Positions 18,256-26,453 of a stretch of DNA of 64,000 nt are shown here, one piece after another. The position numbers and the translations under genes are program-made. Location of the stretch: contig OZ244584.1 of assembly GCA_965218115.1 (NCBI GenBank), forward strand, positions 1,646,576 to 1,710,575. Direction: 5' to 3'. The notes beneath the pieces were generated by a model. It worked only from the letters and a program-made list of their open reading frames with translations. It made no database searches and had not been told where the DNA came from. Numbering within the stretch: position 1 is the stretch's first letter; every line of letters begins with the position of its first letter. The DNA comes from Dehalococcoidia bacterium (GTDB lineage Bacteria > Chloroflexota > Dehalococcoidia > Bin125).

Positions 18256-19470
18256 ATGTCCACCCCCATGCTTCGTCGCTTGATTCTCAAGAGCTTTCGA
18301 AGTGTGCATGCGGCCGCGATCGATCTTGACAACCCGACGCTCCTAGTTGGGCAAAATGGCGCGGGCAAGAGCAACGTCGTCGACGCGCTTGCATTTCTGG
18401 CCGAGCTGATGTCGTCTCCGCTGTCCGCCGCATTCGACAGGCGGGGCGGAATTGCGGCAGTCCGGAATCGCCGCCTCGGACAAAGCCACCCACCGAACAT
18501 GGGATTCCGAGTGGACGTGTCGCAGCCGGACGTCAACACAAAGGAGGCTATGTACGCCTTCGACGTACGGGCACGAAAGAACTACGGCTTTGAAATAGTG
18601 AGAGAACAATGCGCCGTGGTCGACCTAGACGGGTTCACCACATGGTGGTTCGACCGGCGCCGTGATGGAGAGTTCAGCAGCAACGCAAGTTCGTTGAGCC
18701 CCGCATTGGAACCGGAAGCGCTAGCGCTTCCACTTATCGGCGGCGACTCGAGATTTAGACCCATCGTTCAGTTCCTCAGCGACATGCGAGTATACAGAAT
18801 AGAGCCGGTCGTGCTCAGGGAGATGCAGGAACCTGATAGCGGTTTGCGCCTCAACCCGGACGGTAGCAACACAGCGAGCGTGCTCAGAGAGATCGAACGG
18901 AACTCTCCTCACGGGCGTCAGCAGATACTAGCTTTGTTAGAACATATTGTCCCGAACACTGTCGATGTCAAGCCGAAAGCACACGGCAACAAGCTGGCAC
19001 TTGAGTTCGCTCAGCAATGGCCGGACGCACGGAGCATCAAATTCGAGGCCTTCAATATGTCCGACGGAACGCTTCGCGCACTCGGGCTACTGGCTGCGGT
19101 GTTCCAGCAGGCACGACCTTCCGTCTTGGTCATCGAGGAACCCGAAGCCACCATTCATCCCGGTGCGATCGAGGCCGTGCTGGATTTGTTAGAGCATGCG
19201 ACCAGAGATATGCAAGTTATCGCAACCACACATAGTCCAGACCTGCTCGATGCCAAGTGGATCGAAGATCGATTCCTCAAGATCGTCCGCTCGGAAAGGG
19301 GCGCCACAATGGTCTCCCCGGTTTCTCCAGAAGTCAGAAGCGCATTGCAACAGCACCTCATGGGAGCGGGGGAGCTTTTACGAGCGAATGCGCTGACCCC
19401 CATCAGCTCCAGCGATTTGTTCATCCGTGACCCCCGGCAGTTACGTCTTTTCGAGTCACTTTCGTCGTGA
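18256..19470 (+). CDS. ABC/AAA_21-type ATPase of the OLD/AriA-like family
   Basis: 404 aa with Walker A LLVGQNGAGKSN, the ABC signature NMSDGTLR, Walker B VLVIEEPEATIHP and the H-loop ATTHSP. An RBS (AAGGGAG) lies upstream. GC is visibly lower than in the flanks. Confidence 0.75.
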   Translation: MSTPMLRRLILKSFRSVHAAAIDLDNPTLLVGQNGAGKSNVVDALAFLAELMSSPLSAAFDRRGGIAAVRNRRLGQSHPPNMGFRVDVSQPDVNTKEAMYAFDVRARKNYGFEIVREQCAVVDLDGFTTWWFDRRRDGEFSSNASSLSPALEPEALALPLIGGDSRFRPIVQFLSDMRVYRIEPVVLREMQEPDSGLRLNPDGSNTASVLREIERNSPHGRQQILALLEHIVPNTVDVKPKAHGNKLALEFAQQWPDARSIKFEAFNMSDGTLRALGLLAAVFQQARPSVLVIEEPEATIHPGAIEAVLDLLEHATRDMQVIATTHSPDLLDAKWIEDRFLKIVRSERGATMVSPVSPEVRSALQQHLMGAGELLRANALTPISSSDLFIRDPRQLRLFESLSS

Positions 19471-20105
19471 AGATAGTCCCAGTAGTGGAGGGGGAGGGTG
19501 AAGTTAAGGCAGTGCCTATCTTATTGCGCCGGATGATTGCACTGGTAGAGGCGTTCGAATCGATACAGGTCGGCCGGCCTATCCGCAAACCGCGCAGCCA
19601 ACTAACTAAGCGCGAGGGAATGGTTGAGGTCTTGAAGCTTGCCCGCATTCAGGGGGCGGACTCGGTTTTGTGCCTCTTTGATAGCGATGGTGTATGCCCA
19701 GTCAATCTGGCAGCGTGTTTACTGAACTGGGCGAGGGAGGAAGCATCGGACTTGGACTGTCATGTGGTAGTTGCCCATCAAGAATACGAGGCGTGGTTTT
19801 TGGCATCTATTCCTTCGCTTCGAGCGCACCCTGCGATGAGAGACGATGCAGAGTGCCATCCGAATCCAGAAGCGCGTCAAGGCGCGAAAGAACAGCTACA
19901 TAGCCGCATGCAGACTGGCAGCAGTTATTCACCAACGGCTCACCAAGCGGCATTCACCGCCAGCTTTGACATGGCATCCGCATACGCACATTGTCGATCA
20001 TTTCGAAAATTGACTAGCGCATTCGGCCAGATTCTCAGTAGGGTCGATTCGAACGTTGCTCACTGGCCACCAAGAGAATGGTCGGACACGATCATCCCCG
20101 AGTAA
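19467..20105 (+). CDS. TOPRIM-like small protein (DUF4276-like), partner of the upstream ATPase
   Basis: 212 aa with a GTG start overlapping the ATPase stop (GTGA). The N-terminus KIVPVVEGEGE resembles the TOPRIM catalytic Glu strand, CLFDSDG resembles the DxD motif, and HQEYEAWFL resembles the conserved DUF4276 HEFEALLF region. Confidence 0.6.
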   Translation: MKIVPVVEGEGEVKAVPILLRRMIALVEAFESIQVGRPIRKPRSQLTKREGMVEVLKLARIQGADSVLCLFDSDGVCPVNLAACLLNWAREEASDLDCHVVVAHQEYEAWFLASIPSLRAHPAMRDDAECHPNPEARQGAKEQLHSRMQTGSSYSPTAHQAAFTASFDMASAYAHCRSFRKLTSAFGQILSRVDSNVAHWPPREWSDTIIPE

Positions 20106-20139
20106 AGACGGTCGCGTCGTACATCCGGGCTCGACTCCT

Positions 20140-21180
20140 TCAGCCTGCCAGTGGTTCGATGTCTCGGCTTTGCCCCGTGCTCCAGGACTCCCAGACGGCA
20201 TCCGTAAAGCGCATGTAGCGGACGCCGTCCTCGAAGTTTGTAAGGGTCACTGGGGCGCCATCGCGGACTGAGTCGATGAAGTCGCGCTCGACCTGCCAGC
20301 CGTGGGCGGTGCCGGGGTCCGGCTCGATGGCGGTGAGCTCGTCGCCGTGGCGTTGCCACTCGCCGGTGTCGCCGAAGCGCCACTGGATCCGGCCGGCGGT
20401 GCCGTAGACCTCGATCGAGGGCGGTCCGGGGGCGCCCTCGGTCACGGCGCTCACCCGGTAGGTGCAGCGCGCGCCGTTGGCCATGTCGGCGAAGATGCCG
20501 AGGCTGTCGGGAATCTCGATCGACATCCGCTCGCCGCTCTCGCCGTCGACCCGCGACGTGACGAAGGTCCGCGCGTGCGCGGTGACCCACGTGGTGTCGC
20601 CCAGCCAGCGCTGGATCGTCTCGTTGAAGATGCCCAGCTGCATCATGTTCTTGCCCGAGTAGTCGGTCCGGTGGCGCCAGTGCAGCGGGCCCTCGGGGTC
20701 GAGCCCGCCGCCGTTGAGCAGGGTCAGATGCACCTCGAGGATTGAGCCCAACGAGCCGTCGGCGCAGATCCGCTTGATCGTCTTGCCCAGGCGGAAGTCG
20801 AACGGGGCCGGCACAAGCTGAGCAACCAGGTCGGGATGCGCGCGGCTGGCCGCCAGCATCTGTTCGGCCTGCGCGGCGTCGTTCGCCATCCGCGCTTCGC
20901 AGAGCACGTGCTTGCCGGCGGTGAGTGCGGCCGCGGTGAACTCGAGATGGCGGTAGGGCCAGGTGCCGATGCAGACGGCGTCGACGGCGGGGTCGTCGAG
21001 CAGCTGCTCGACGCTGTCCGAGACGCGCGGGATGCCGTACTCCGTGGCCACGGCCTCGCCGCTCGCGCGCGAGCGGTTCACGACGTTGACGATCTCGACG
21101 TCATCGATCTCGTGAAAGCCGGGAATGTGTCGCAGCCGCTGATTGCCGCCTGCCCCGATCAAGCCGATTCCGAAGGCCAT
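20140..21180 (-). CDS. Gfo/Idh/MocA-family oxidoreductase
   Basis: 346 aa with the N-terminal Rossmann motif GIGLIGAGG and the family layout. Confidence 0.8.
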   Translation of the reverse strand: MAFGIGLIGAGGNQRLRHIPGFHEIDDVEIVNVVNRSRASGEAVATEYGIPRVSDSVEQLLDDPAVDAVCIGTWPYRHLEFTAAALTAGKHVLCEARMANDAAQAEQMLAASRAHPDLVAQLVPAPFDFRLGKTIKRICADGSLGSILEVHLTLLNGGGLDPEGPLHWRHRTDYSGKNMMQLGIFNETIQRWLGDTTWVTAHARTFVTSRVDGESGERMSIEIPDSLGIFADMANGARCTYRVSAVTEGAPGPPSIEVYGTAGRIQWRFGDTGEWQRHGDELTAIEPDPGTAHGWQVERDFIDSVRDGAPVTLTNFEDGVRYMRFTDAVWESWSTGQSRDIEPLAG

Positions 21181-21293
21181 GTCTACTCCTGACGATCACG
21201 CGCTGCATCGCGGTCAGACTAGACGCGACCTGTCGTATGCTGCTGGCGATAGCGAAAAACAGCCGAATCACGAGACGATTCAAGGAGAACATC

Positions 21294-21737
21294 ATGGCAA
21301 CTGCAGATGAACTGCGCGAGGGCGTGTCGGGCGCGCGAGCGGCGCTGAGGGCGGCGATCGCGGCCTCGGCGGACAACTGGGAGACAGCGAAGGGCACGGC
21401 AGACGACGGCGAGGCGGGTTGGTCGCCGCGCCAGGTCGCGGAGCATGTGATCCCGTCCGAGATGATGTTCGCGACCGGGATCTGCACCGCGTGCGGCTAC
21501 GACGGCCCCGAGAACCCGCTCACGAGCACCGAGTTCGCCAGCGCCGAGGACGCGATCGCGGCGCTGGAGGCCGTGACGGCGGCCGTCAACTCGAAGGTCA
21601 ACTACGTGCAGGACGAAGAGCTCGGCAAGGCTGCCGGCGACGAGGGCATGGCCGCCGTGCCGGTCGCTGGTCTGCTGACGATGAACACCTGGCACCTGGC
21701 CGACCACGCCGCCCAGATGATCACCCCGATGGTCTAG
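21294..21737 (+). CDS. DinB/YfiT-like protein
   Basis: Likely start at MATADELREG with AAGGAG upstream. It has the HxxxE…H-type pattern (QVAEHVIPSE…WHLADHAAQ). Confidence 0.5.
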   Translation: MATADELREGVSGARAALRAAIAASADNWETAKGTADDGEAGWSPRQVAEHVIPSEMMFATGICTACGYDGPENPLTSTEFASAEDAIAALEAVTAAVNSKVNYVQDEELGKAAGDEGMAAVPVAGLLTMNTWHLADHAAQMITPMV

Positions 21738-21739
21738 CC

Positions 21740-21934
21740 ATGCGGCGCAAGCTGGCCGCTGTCGCGTTCGCGCTGATCGGGCTGCTGCTCGGCAGCGGCG
21801 TTGCGCTCGCCGCCGAGGGCGGCGGCGGGCTGGGCGCCGGGCCGATCATCGGCATCGTGATCTCGATCACGCTCGCGGTGCTGTTGATCGGCGGCTCGTT
21901 GGGCTACATCCTGCCCAAGCCGCCCAAGCGGTGA
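21740..21934 (+). CDS. Small hydrophobic membrane protein (hypothetical)
   Basis: 64 aa, MRRKLAAVAFALIGLLLGSGVALA…GIVISITLAVLLIGG, with two predicted transmembrane segments. Confidence 0.3.
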   Translation: MRRKLAAVAFALIGLLLGSGVALAAEGGGGLGAGPIIGIVISITLAVLLIGGSLGYILPKPPKR

Positions 21935-22593
21935 GCGACGAGTCGCCCTTTCGGCCCGAACACTTCCGCAAGTACGACGAGTCCGACGACGCGCGGTTCT
22001 ATGTCGAGCCGCGCTTCGTCGCGCACATCGACGAGACCGCGATCGCGGCGCTCTCTGAGTACTACGCGCAGGTCCTGAAGCCCGAGGACCGGGTGCTCGA
22101 CCTGATGTCGTCGTGGGTCTCGCATCTCCCGGCGGGCTACCAGCCTGCGCGCGCCGTCGGCCTGGGGATGAACGCCGATGAGCTGTCGCGCAACCCGGCG
22201 CTCGACGACTGGGTGGTGCACGACCTCAATCGCGAGCCGACGCTGCCGTTCGAGGACGCCAGTTTCGACGCGGTGCTGATCGCGGTCTCGGTCCAATACC
22301 TCCAGCGTCCTTTGGAGGTCTTCGCGGAGATCGCTCGTGTGCTCGAGCCGGGCGGCCGCTGTGTCGTCTCGTTCTCGAACCGCTGCTTCCCGACCAAGGC
22401 GGTGGCGCTCTGGCAGGGCCTCAACGATTCAGGCCACGTCCAGGCGGTGGGCGCCTACTTCCAGCATGCGGGCGGCTTCGAGGCCGCCGAATGGCTCGAG
22501 CGCAAGACGCCCGGCACGGACCCGCTCTACATCGTGCAGGCGCGGACGCCGGTGGGGAACGAAGCTACTGAGCGGACGCGGTCGCCCGCTTAA
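21931..22593 (+). CDS. Class I SAM-dependent methyltransferase
   Basis: 220 aa with VLDLMSSWVSHLP…FDAVLIAVSVQYL…LEPGGRCV, which are methyltransferase motifs I and post-I. Confidence 0.7.
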   Translation: MSDESPFRPEHFRKYDESDDARFYVEPRFVAHIDETAIAALSEYYAQVLKPEDRVLDLMSSWVSHLPAGYQPARAVGLGMNADELSRNPALDDWVVHDLNREPTLPFEDASFDAVLIAVSVQYLQRPLEVFAEIARVLEPGGRCVVSFSNRCFPTKAVALWQGLNDSGHVQAVGAYFQHAGGFEAAEWLERKTPGTDPLYIVQARTPVGNEATERTRSPA

Positions 22594-23125
22594 GATTGAG
22601 CGTGAGCAACAGCTCCAGCATCTCGTCGTCGCCGATATCGGGGGGCCAGCCGTAGGCGGCGAAGACGGCGGCGTCGAGTGTTGCGTGGAGGTTGGCGAGC
22701 CAGGTGGGGCGTTCGTTGTAGAGATTGGTCAGCGTGCGCTTGCGGAGCTGTTTTTCGGCGTGTTCGTCGACGGGCAGCAGACGCGGCGGCAGCGAGGGAA
22801 TCACGTCGGGCTCCTCGCGCACCCACTCGGGCGGGTTGAGCCAGAGGCGACGCTTCGAGTCCAGCTCGCGCGCCGCCTCGCCGATGGCGTCGCGGTGGGC
22901 GCGTTGTTCGGGGGTCAGCGCATCATCGGGTGTGTTGAGCGGCCAGGGGAATGGGAAGGTCTCGAACGTGGTGGTCGGCGTGTAGCGAGGGCGGTCCTCA
23001 AGGCTGTCTCCCATTCGCAAGGACCAGAATTCGTACGCAGGTGAGTCTGGCATCGAGGCAAAGTAGACGACGCATATGTCGCGCGGACGCCGCGTCACAT
23101 GCAGCCCGTTGACCCATGAGCCCAC
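22565..23125 (-). CDS. C-terminal fragment of an MmeI/PglX-family (type IIG/IIL restriction-modification, BREX-type) enzyme
   Basis: 186 aa with TFETFPFPWP…LTNLYNERPTWLANLHATLDAAVFAAYGW…DDEMLELLLTLNLKRA, matching the conserved C-terminus of MmeI-family proteins. GC is high, as in host genes. Confidence 0.6.
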   Translation of the reverse strand: MGSWVNGLHVTRRPRDICVVYFASMPDSPAYEFWSLRMGDSLEDRPRYTPTTTFETFPFPWPLNTPDDALTPEQRAHRDAIGEAARELDSKRRLWLNPPEWVREEPDVIPSLPPRLLPVDEHAEKQLRKRTLTNLYNERPTWLANLHATLDAAVFAAYGWPPDIGDDEMLELLLTLNLKRATASAQ

Positions 23126-23270
23126 GCCTCAGGCTCCCTCCGTAGGTCACCCGCATCCCACCCGCCGCCCGAACAGGCACTACTTCGACATGCAACGCAG
23201 CGCTAGGCAGTCAGAAAGGGTCATCAGTCCCGTGGAAACACTCACATTCCACCAGGCGCATACATTTATC

Positions 23271-24194
23271 TCACGGATTTCTGTTCGTAAGGTCCTTTAA
23301 GCGACGCGTCAACATCTCTTTGAGCCCTGTCATGTTGTCGTACTCAGGGCAATTGTATTCACTTAAGTCGAAGTGGAGCTTAGTCCCTCGTTTCCGGTAT
23401 AGTATCACCCTTTTGTCAAGCGCATGAGCGTATCCGACTTCGTAGTACACGTTCGGCTTTTCATTGGTCAAGTCAGCCATGAGGAATTCGGACTTGTTGA
23501 TCCTTTCTCTGACTTTATCTGTTATTCTGCCCTCGTGTTCGATTTCATCAGCACGCACAGCGGCTATTGAGAAATCACCGAAGCAATCGCGGATCGTATT
23601 GTAAGTGTCTTCGAGACCAGGATCGTCCCGATCAATGGCCATCATGACGAATGCCGAGTTTGGTTCGTACGATGTGGTGGATTGGGGGTTGGCTCGCCAC
23701 TCTTCAGTGACGAAGGTTGGGGAGACATCGAGGAGTTCAACCAAGCCCAGTATATTTTCGATGTCGCGCTGGTAATTGCGAAGTGCGATCTTGGGATGAA
23801 CGGGCGTCGTATCTGATTGACTGGCGGGTTGAAATCCGAGCACTTCGCCCTCATCGTGCAATACTTCCGGTTCCGAAAACTCGTAAAGCCGCAACCGAAG
23901 TGATGCGCGCGTTGACTTTGTCCACGTTCCAAGGTCTCGGTGGTCAACATCGGTCACCAGGGCCGAATACTTGAGTGAGTTCGCGATTGGCTTGATCGCC
24001 TTGAGGATCTGGCTCTGGAGGTCGGCGGACTGACTTTTCAAATCATCGTCCAGCTGGGACCAGAAATGGTCAGGCTCGATTTCCCAATACGGACGCTCAT
24101 CGTCATCCAGGTGCATTGCACGTTTGAAGAAGGTTCCGCCGTCGTCTCGGATCTGGGCGAATAGGCTGCGGTAAGGGGTGAAGTCGAGAGTCAT
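23271..24194 (-). CDS. Protein with a C-terminal nucleoside 2-deoxyribosyltransferase-like / TIR-like (SLOG-superfamily) domain and an unassigned N-terminal domain
   Basis: 307 aa. The C-terminus reads FVMMAIDRDDPG…LMADLTNEKPNVYYEVGYAHALDKRVILY, which follows the NDT pattern (…D.gt.fEvGyA.algKpvi.l). GC is clearly lower than in the flanking fragments. Confidence 0.55.
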   Translation of the reverse strand: MTLDFTPYRSLFAQIRDDGGTFFKRAMHLDDDERPYWEIEPDHFWSQLDDDLKSQSADLQSQILKAIKPIANSLKYSALVTDVDHRDLGTWTKSTRASLRLRLYEFSEPEVLHDEGEVLGFQPASQSDTTPVHPKIALRNYQRDIENILGLVELLDVSPTFVTEEWRANPQSTTSYEPNSAFVMMAIDRDDPGLEDTYNTIRDCFGDFSIAAVRADEIEHEGRITDKVRERINKSEFLMADLTNEKPNVYYEVGYAHALDKRVILYRKRGTKLHFDLSEYNCPEYDNMTGLKEMLTRRLKDLTNRNP

Positions 24195-24372
24195 CTTGTT
24201 CCGCCGATGGGAAAGGTGCGCGTCTTCGGCAAGTCATTCAGCGTCATGTTGGTGGAGTTGCTGAGCATTTCCCACGCCTAAGCCTATCCAGTTCTCCCTC
24301 GCGGCCCCCCTGCGGTTCCGCTGAACGAAACCGCACCGCGCCTTCCGTGAGTGGGCTTCAATCGCCCGAACC

Positions 24373-25155
24373 CTAACACTGATTCAGGTGACAGAGGCGA
24401 ACGCGCTTTGCCGTGTCGGCTTCCGGCGGCGGCTTTCGGCTCATCAAGTCAACGTTGTCGGGTTTGTCGGCGCGCGATCCGATCAGGTCGGTGATCAGGC
24501 GCTTGGGCAGCAGACCAACGTCCTCGGCGAAGAGGCAGAACAGCACACGATTGAGGAAGTGCGCGACCGGTTCGGGTTCGTGTCCGCGTTGCTGCATGGA
24601 GCGGGCGAGTTCGGCGAACCGCGAGGCCGCCGCGTCCGTGACCTCATCGGGGGTCTGTCGCGGACGCAGCGCCTGCGGCTCGCTCATCACTGCGCGCAGG
24701 ATGCGCAGCGCTCCCGCGGTCTTGTCCCCGCCGGCAGCAAGGTCTTCGAGCGTCAGCGAGTGGATGGTGGGACGGGTGTTGGTGAAGTTGGTGTGGACCT
24801 CGATCCGGTCCATGTCGCTGACGACGAGCACGGGCGGATTCTCGAGGTCTTCGCGGTAGTCAAGCAGTTGCCGATAGGCGGCGGCGAGGTCGGCGTGGTC
24901 GCCCTTGTACTCCCAACCGAAGTGTCGGCGCTTCCAGACGTCAGCCCAACCCTGGTTCCCGGTGCTCAGTCGTTCGGCGCCAGCCTCGAAGGTGTACCGC
25001 TCACCGGTCGGGTCGGCCTCGTTTGGGGTCTGGACGCCGAGCATGCGGCAGAGGTCGATGAAGTGCTCCTGCGAGGAGGCACGCTCGCGACGGGCGTTGT
25101 CGCGCCACTTGGCGGCGAATTGGGCAGCGGAGAGTGATCCAGGCGAAGCCGCCAT
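24373..25155 (-). CDS. N-terminal fragment of an MmeI/PglX-family enzyme: PD-(D/E)xK nuclease domain plus helical spacer, with the methyltransferase core missing
   Basis: 260 aa with AAQFAAKW…FIDLCRMLGV…ADVWKRRHFGWEYKG (D…ExK), VLVVSDMDRIEVHTNFTNT and RVLFCLFAEDVGLLP. All are hallmarks of the MmeI-family N-terminus and helical domain. It ends with a stop where the methyltransferase domain should begin. Confidence 0.65.
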   Translation of the reverse strand: MAASPGSLSAAQFAAKWRDNARRERASSQEHFIDLCRMLGVQTPNEADPTGERYTFEAGAERLSTGNQGWADVWKRRHFGWEYKGDHADLAAAYRQLLDYREDLENPPVLVVSDMDRIEVHTNFTNTRPTIHSLTLEDLAAGGDKTAGALRILRAVMSEPQALRPRQTPDEVTDAAASRFAELARSMQQRGHEPEPVAHFLNRVLFCLFAEDVGLLPKRLITDLIGSRADKPDNVDLMSRKPPPEADTAKRVRLCHLNQC

Positions 25156-25172
25156 GGGTCCTACTTGGCGAC

Positions 25173-26114
25173 CTAGCGGAACTCGGGGATGACGGTTTCG
25201 GCGAAGGCTTGGGCGGGCTCGATGGTGTCGCGGCCGAAGAACTCGATCATGAACATGTCGCAGCCGAGGTCGACGTGCTTCTGGACGCGTTGCTTGATCA
25301 TGTCGGGCGTGCCGGTCAGCGCCATCTCGCCGGCGGGGTTGCCCATGTGGCCGCCGAAGATCCTCTGAGCACGGTCGACCATCGGGCCGAGCTGCTCTTC
25401 ATTCTCGACGATCGTGACGAGGCACTGCTGCGAGACGCGCAGCTCGGCGGGGTCGCGGCCGAGTCGCTCGGCGTGGCCGTGCAGCACATCCACCTTGTGC
25501 TCGATGTCGTCCTGGCTACCGGCTGAGTTGTTCCAGATGTCGGCGTACTGCGCCGCGATCCGCATGGTGACCTGCTCGCCGCCGCCGCCGACCAGAATCG
25601 GCACGTCGCGCGGGGGTTTCGGCTGGGTGACGAGGTTTTCGGTGTGGAAGTGCTCGCCCTCGAAGGAGACTTCGTCCTGATCGGCGTCCCACATCGCCTT
25701 GAAGATCTGCAGGCCCTCTTCAAGCTGGCGCAGCCGTTCGCGGGTCTCCGGGAAGGGCATCCCGAAATCGGTGAACTCACGCGGCATCCAGCCCGAGCCG
25801 AAGCCGGGGATGACCCGCCCGCCGGCGATGTTGTCGACGGTGGCGATCATCTTGCCGGTGTGGGCCGGGTTGCGCATCCCAACCGGGGTGACCAGCGTGC
25901 CGATCTCGGCCCGCTCAGTGATGGCGGCGATGCCCGCCGCGAGCGTCCAGGCCTCCAGCATCGGGATCGCCGGTGACTGCGGACCGTAGAGGTGATCGTT
26001 GACCCAGAGCGAGTCGAAGCCCATCTCTTCGAAGGCTTCCGAGGCTCGCTTGGCCTCGGCCCAGCTGCGCTTGATCTGCGGCACCATCACGCCAAAATGC
26101 ACGCCGTCGCTCAT
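25173..26114 (-). CDS. LLM-class F420/flavin-dependent oxidoreductase
   Basis: 313 aa luciferase-like monooxygenase pattern (FDSLWVNDHL…GFGSGW). Confidence 0.8.
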   Translation of the reverse strand: MSDGVHFGVMVPQIKRSWAEAKRASEAFEEMGFDSLWVNDHLYGPQSPAIPMLEAWTLAAGIAAITERAEIGTLVTPVGMRNPAHTGKMIATVDNIAGGRVIPGFGSGWMPREFTDFGMPFPETRERLRQLEEGLQIFKAMWDADQDEVSFEGEHFHTENLVTQPKPPRDVPILVGGGGEQVTMRIAAQYADIWNNSAGSQDDIEHKVDVLHGHAERLGRDPAELRVSQQCLVTIVENEEQLGPMVDRAQRIFGGHMGNPAGEMALTGTPDMIKQRVQKHVDLGCDMFMIEFFGRDTIEPAQAFAETVIPEFR

Positions 26115-26201
26115 GGGGAATTCCTCTCGCCGCTGGAGCGGTGAATTTCAAGTCCACGTGTCTGAGGCAGGGTAGCAGCGCGGCGTGCGACGACCGTGCA
26201 A

Positions 26202-26453
26202 TCAGTCGGCAGCGTGCAGACCATCGCCCGACTTGGCCTCGGCTTCGCGGTCCGCGGTTTCGAGCGCTGCGCGCTTGATGAAACGAATCAGTGGTCCACG
26301 GGGGTGTCGGCCACGGAGGCGTTCGACCTCCTCGCGATTGAATTCAATCTCGATGCCCAGCACGCCGGGACCCTTCTTCGCAGGGTCGTAGGGAATCTCT
26401 TCCGCATCGGCGATCGGCGTGTCAATGTGCAGCTTGCTGTGTTGCTTGGTCAT
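26202..26453 (-). CDS. BrnA-like antitoxin
   Basis: 83 aa downstream of the BrnT-like gene with a 4-nt overlap. It has the conserved …IEIEFNREEVERLR…RFIKRAALE…REA…. Confidence 0.5.
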   Translation of the reverse strand: MTKQHSKLHIDTPIADAEEIPYDPAKKGPGVLGIEIEFNREEVERLRGRHPRGPLIRFIKRAALETADREAEAKSGDGLHAAD

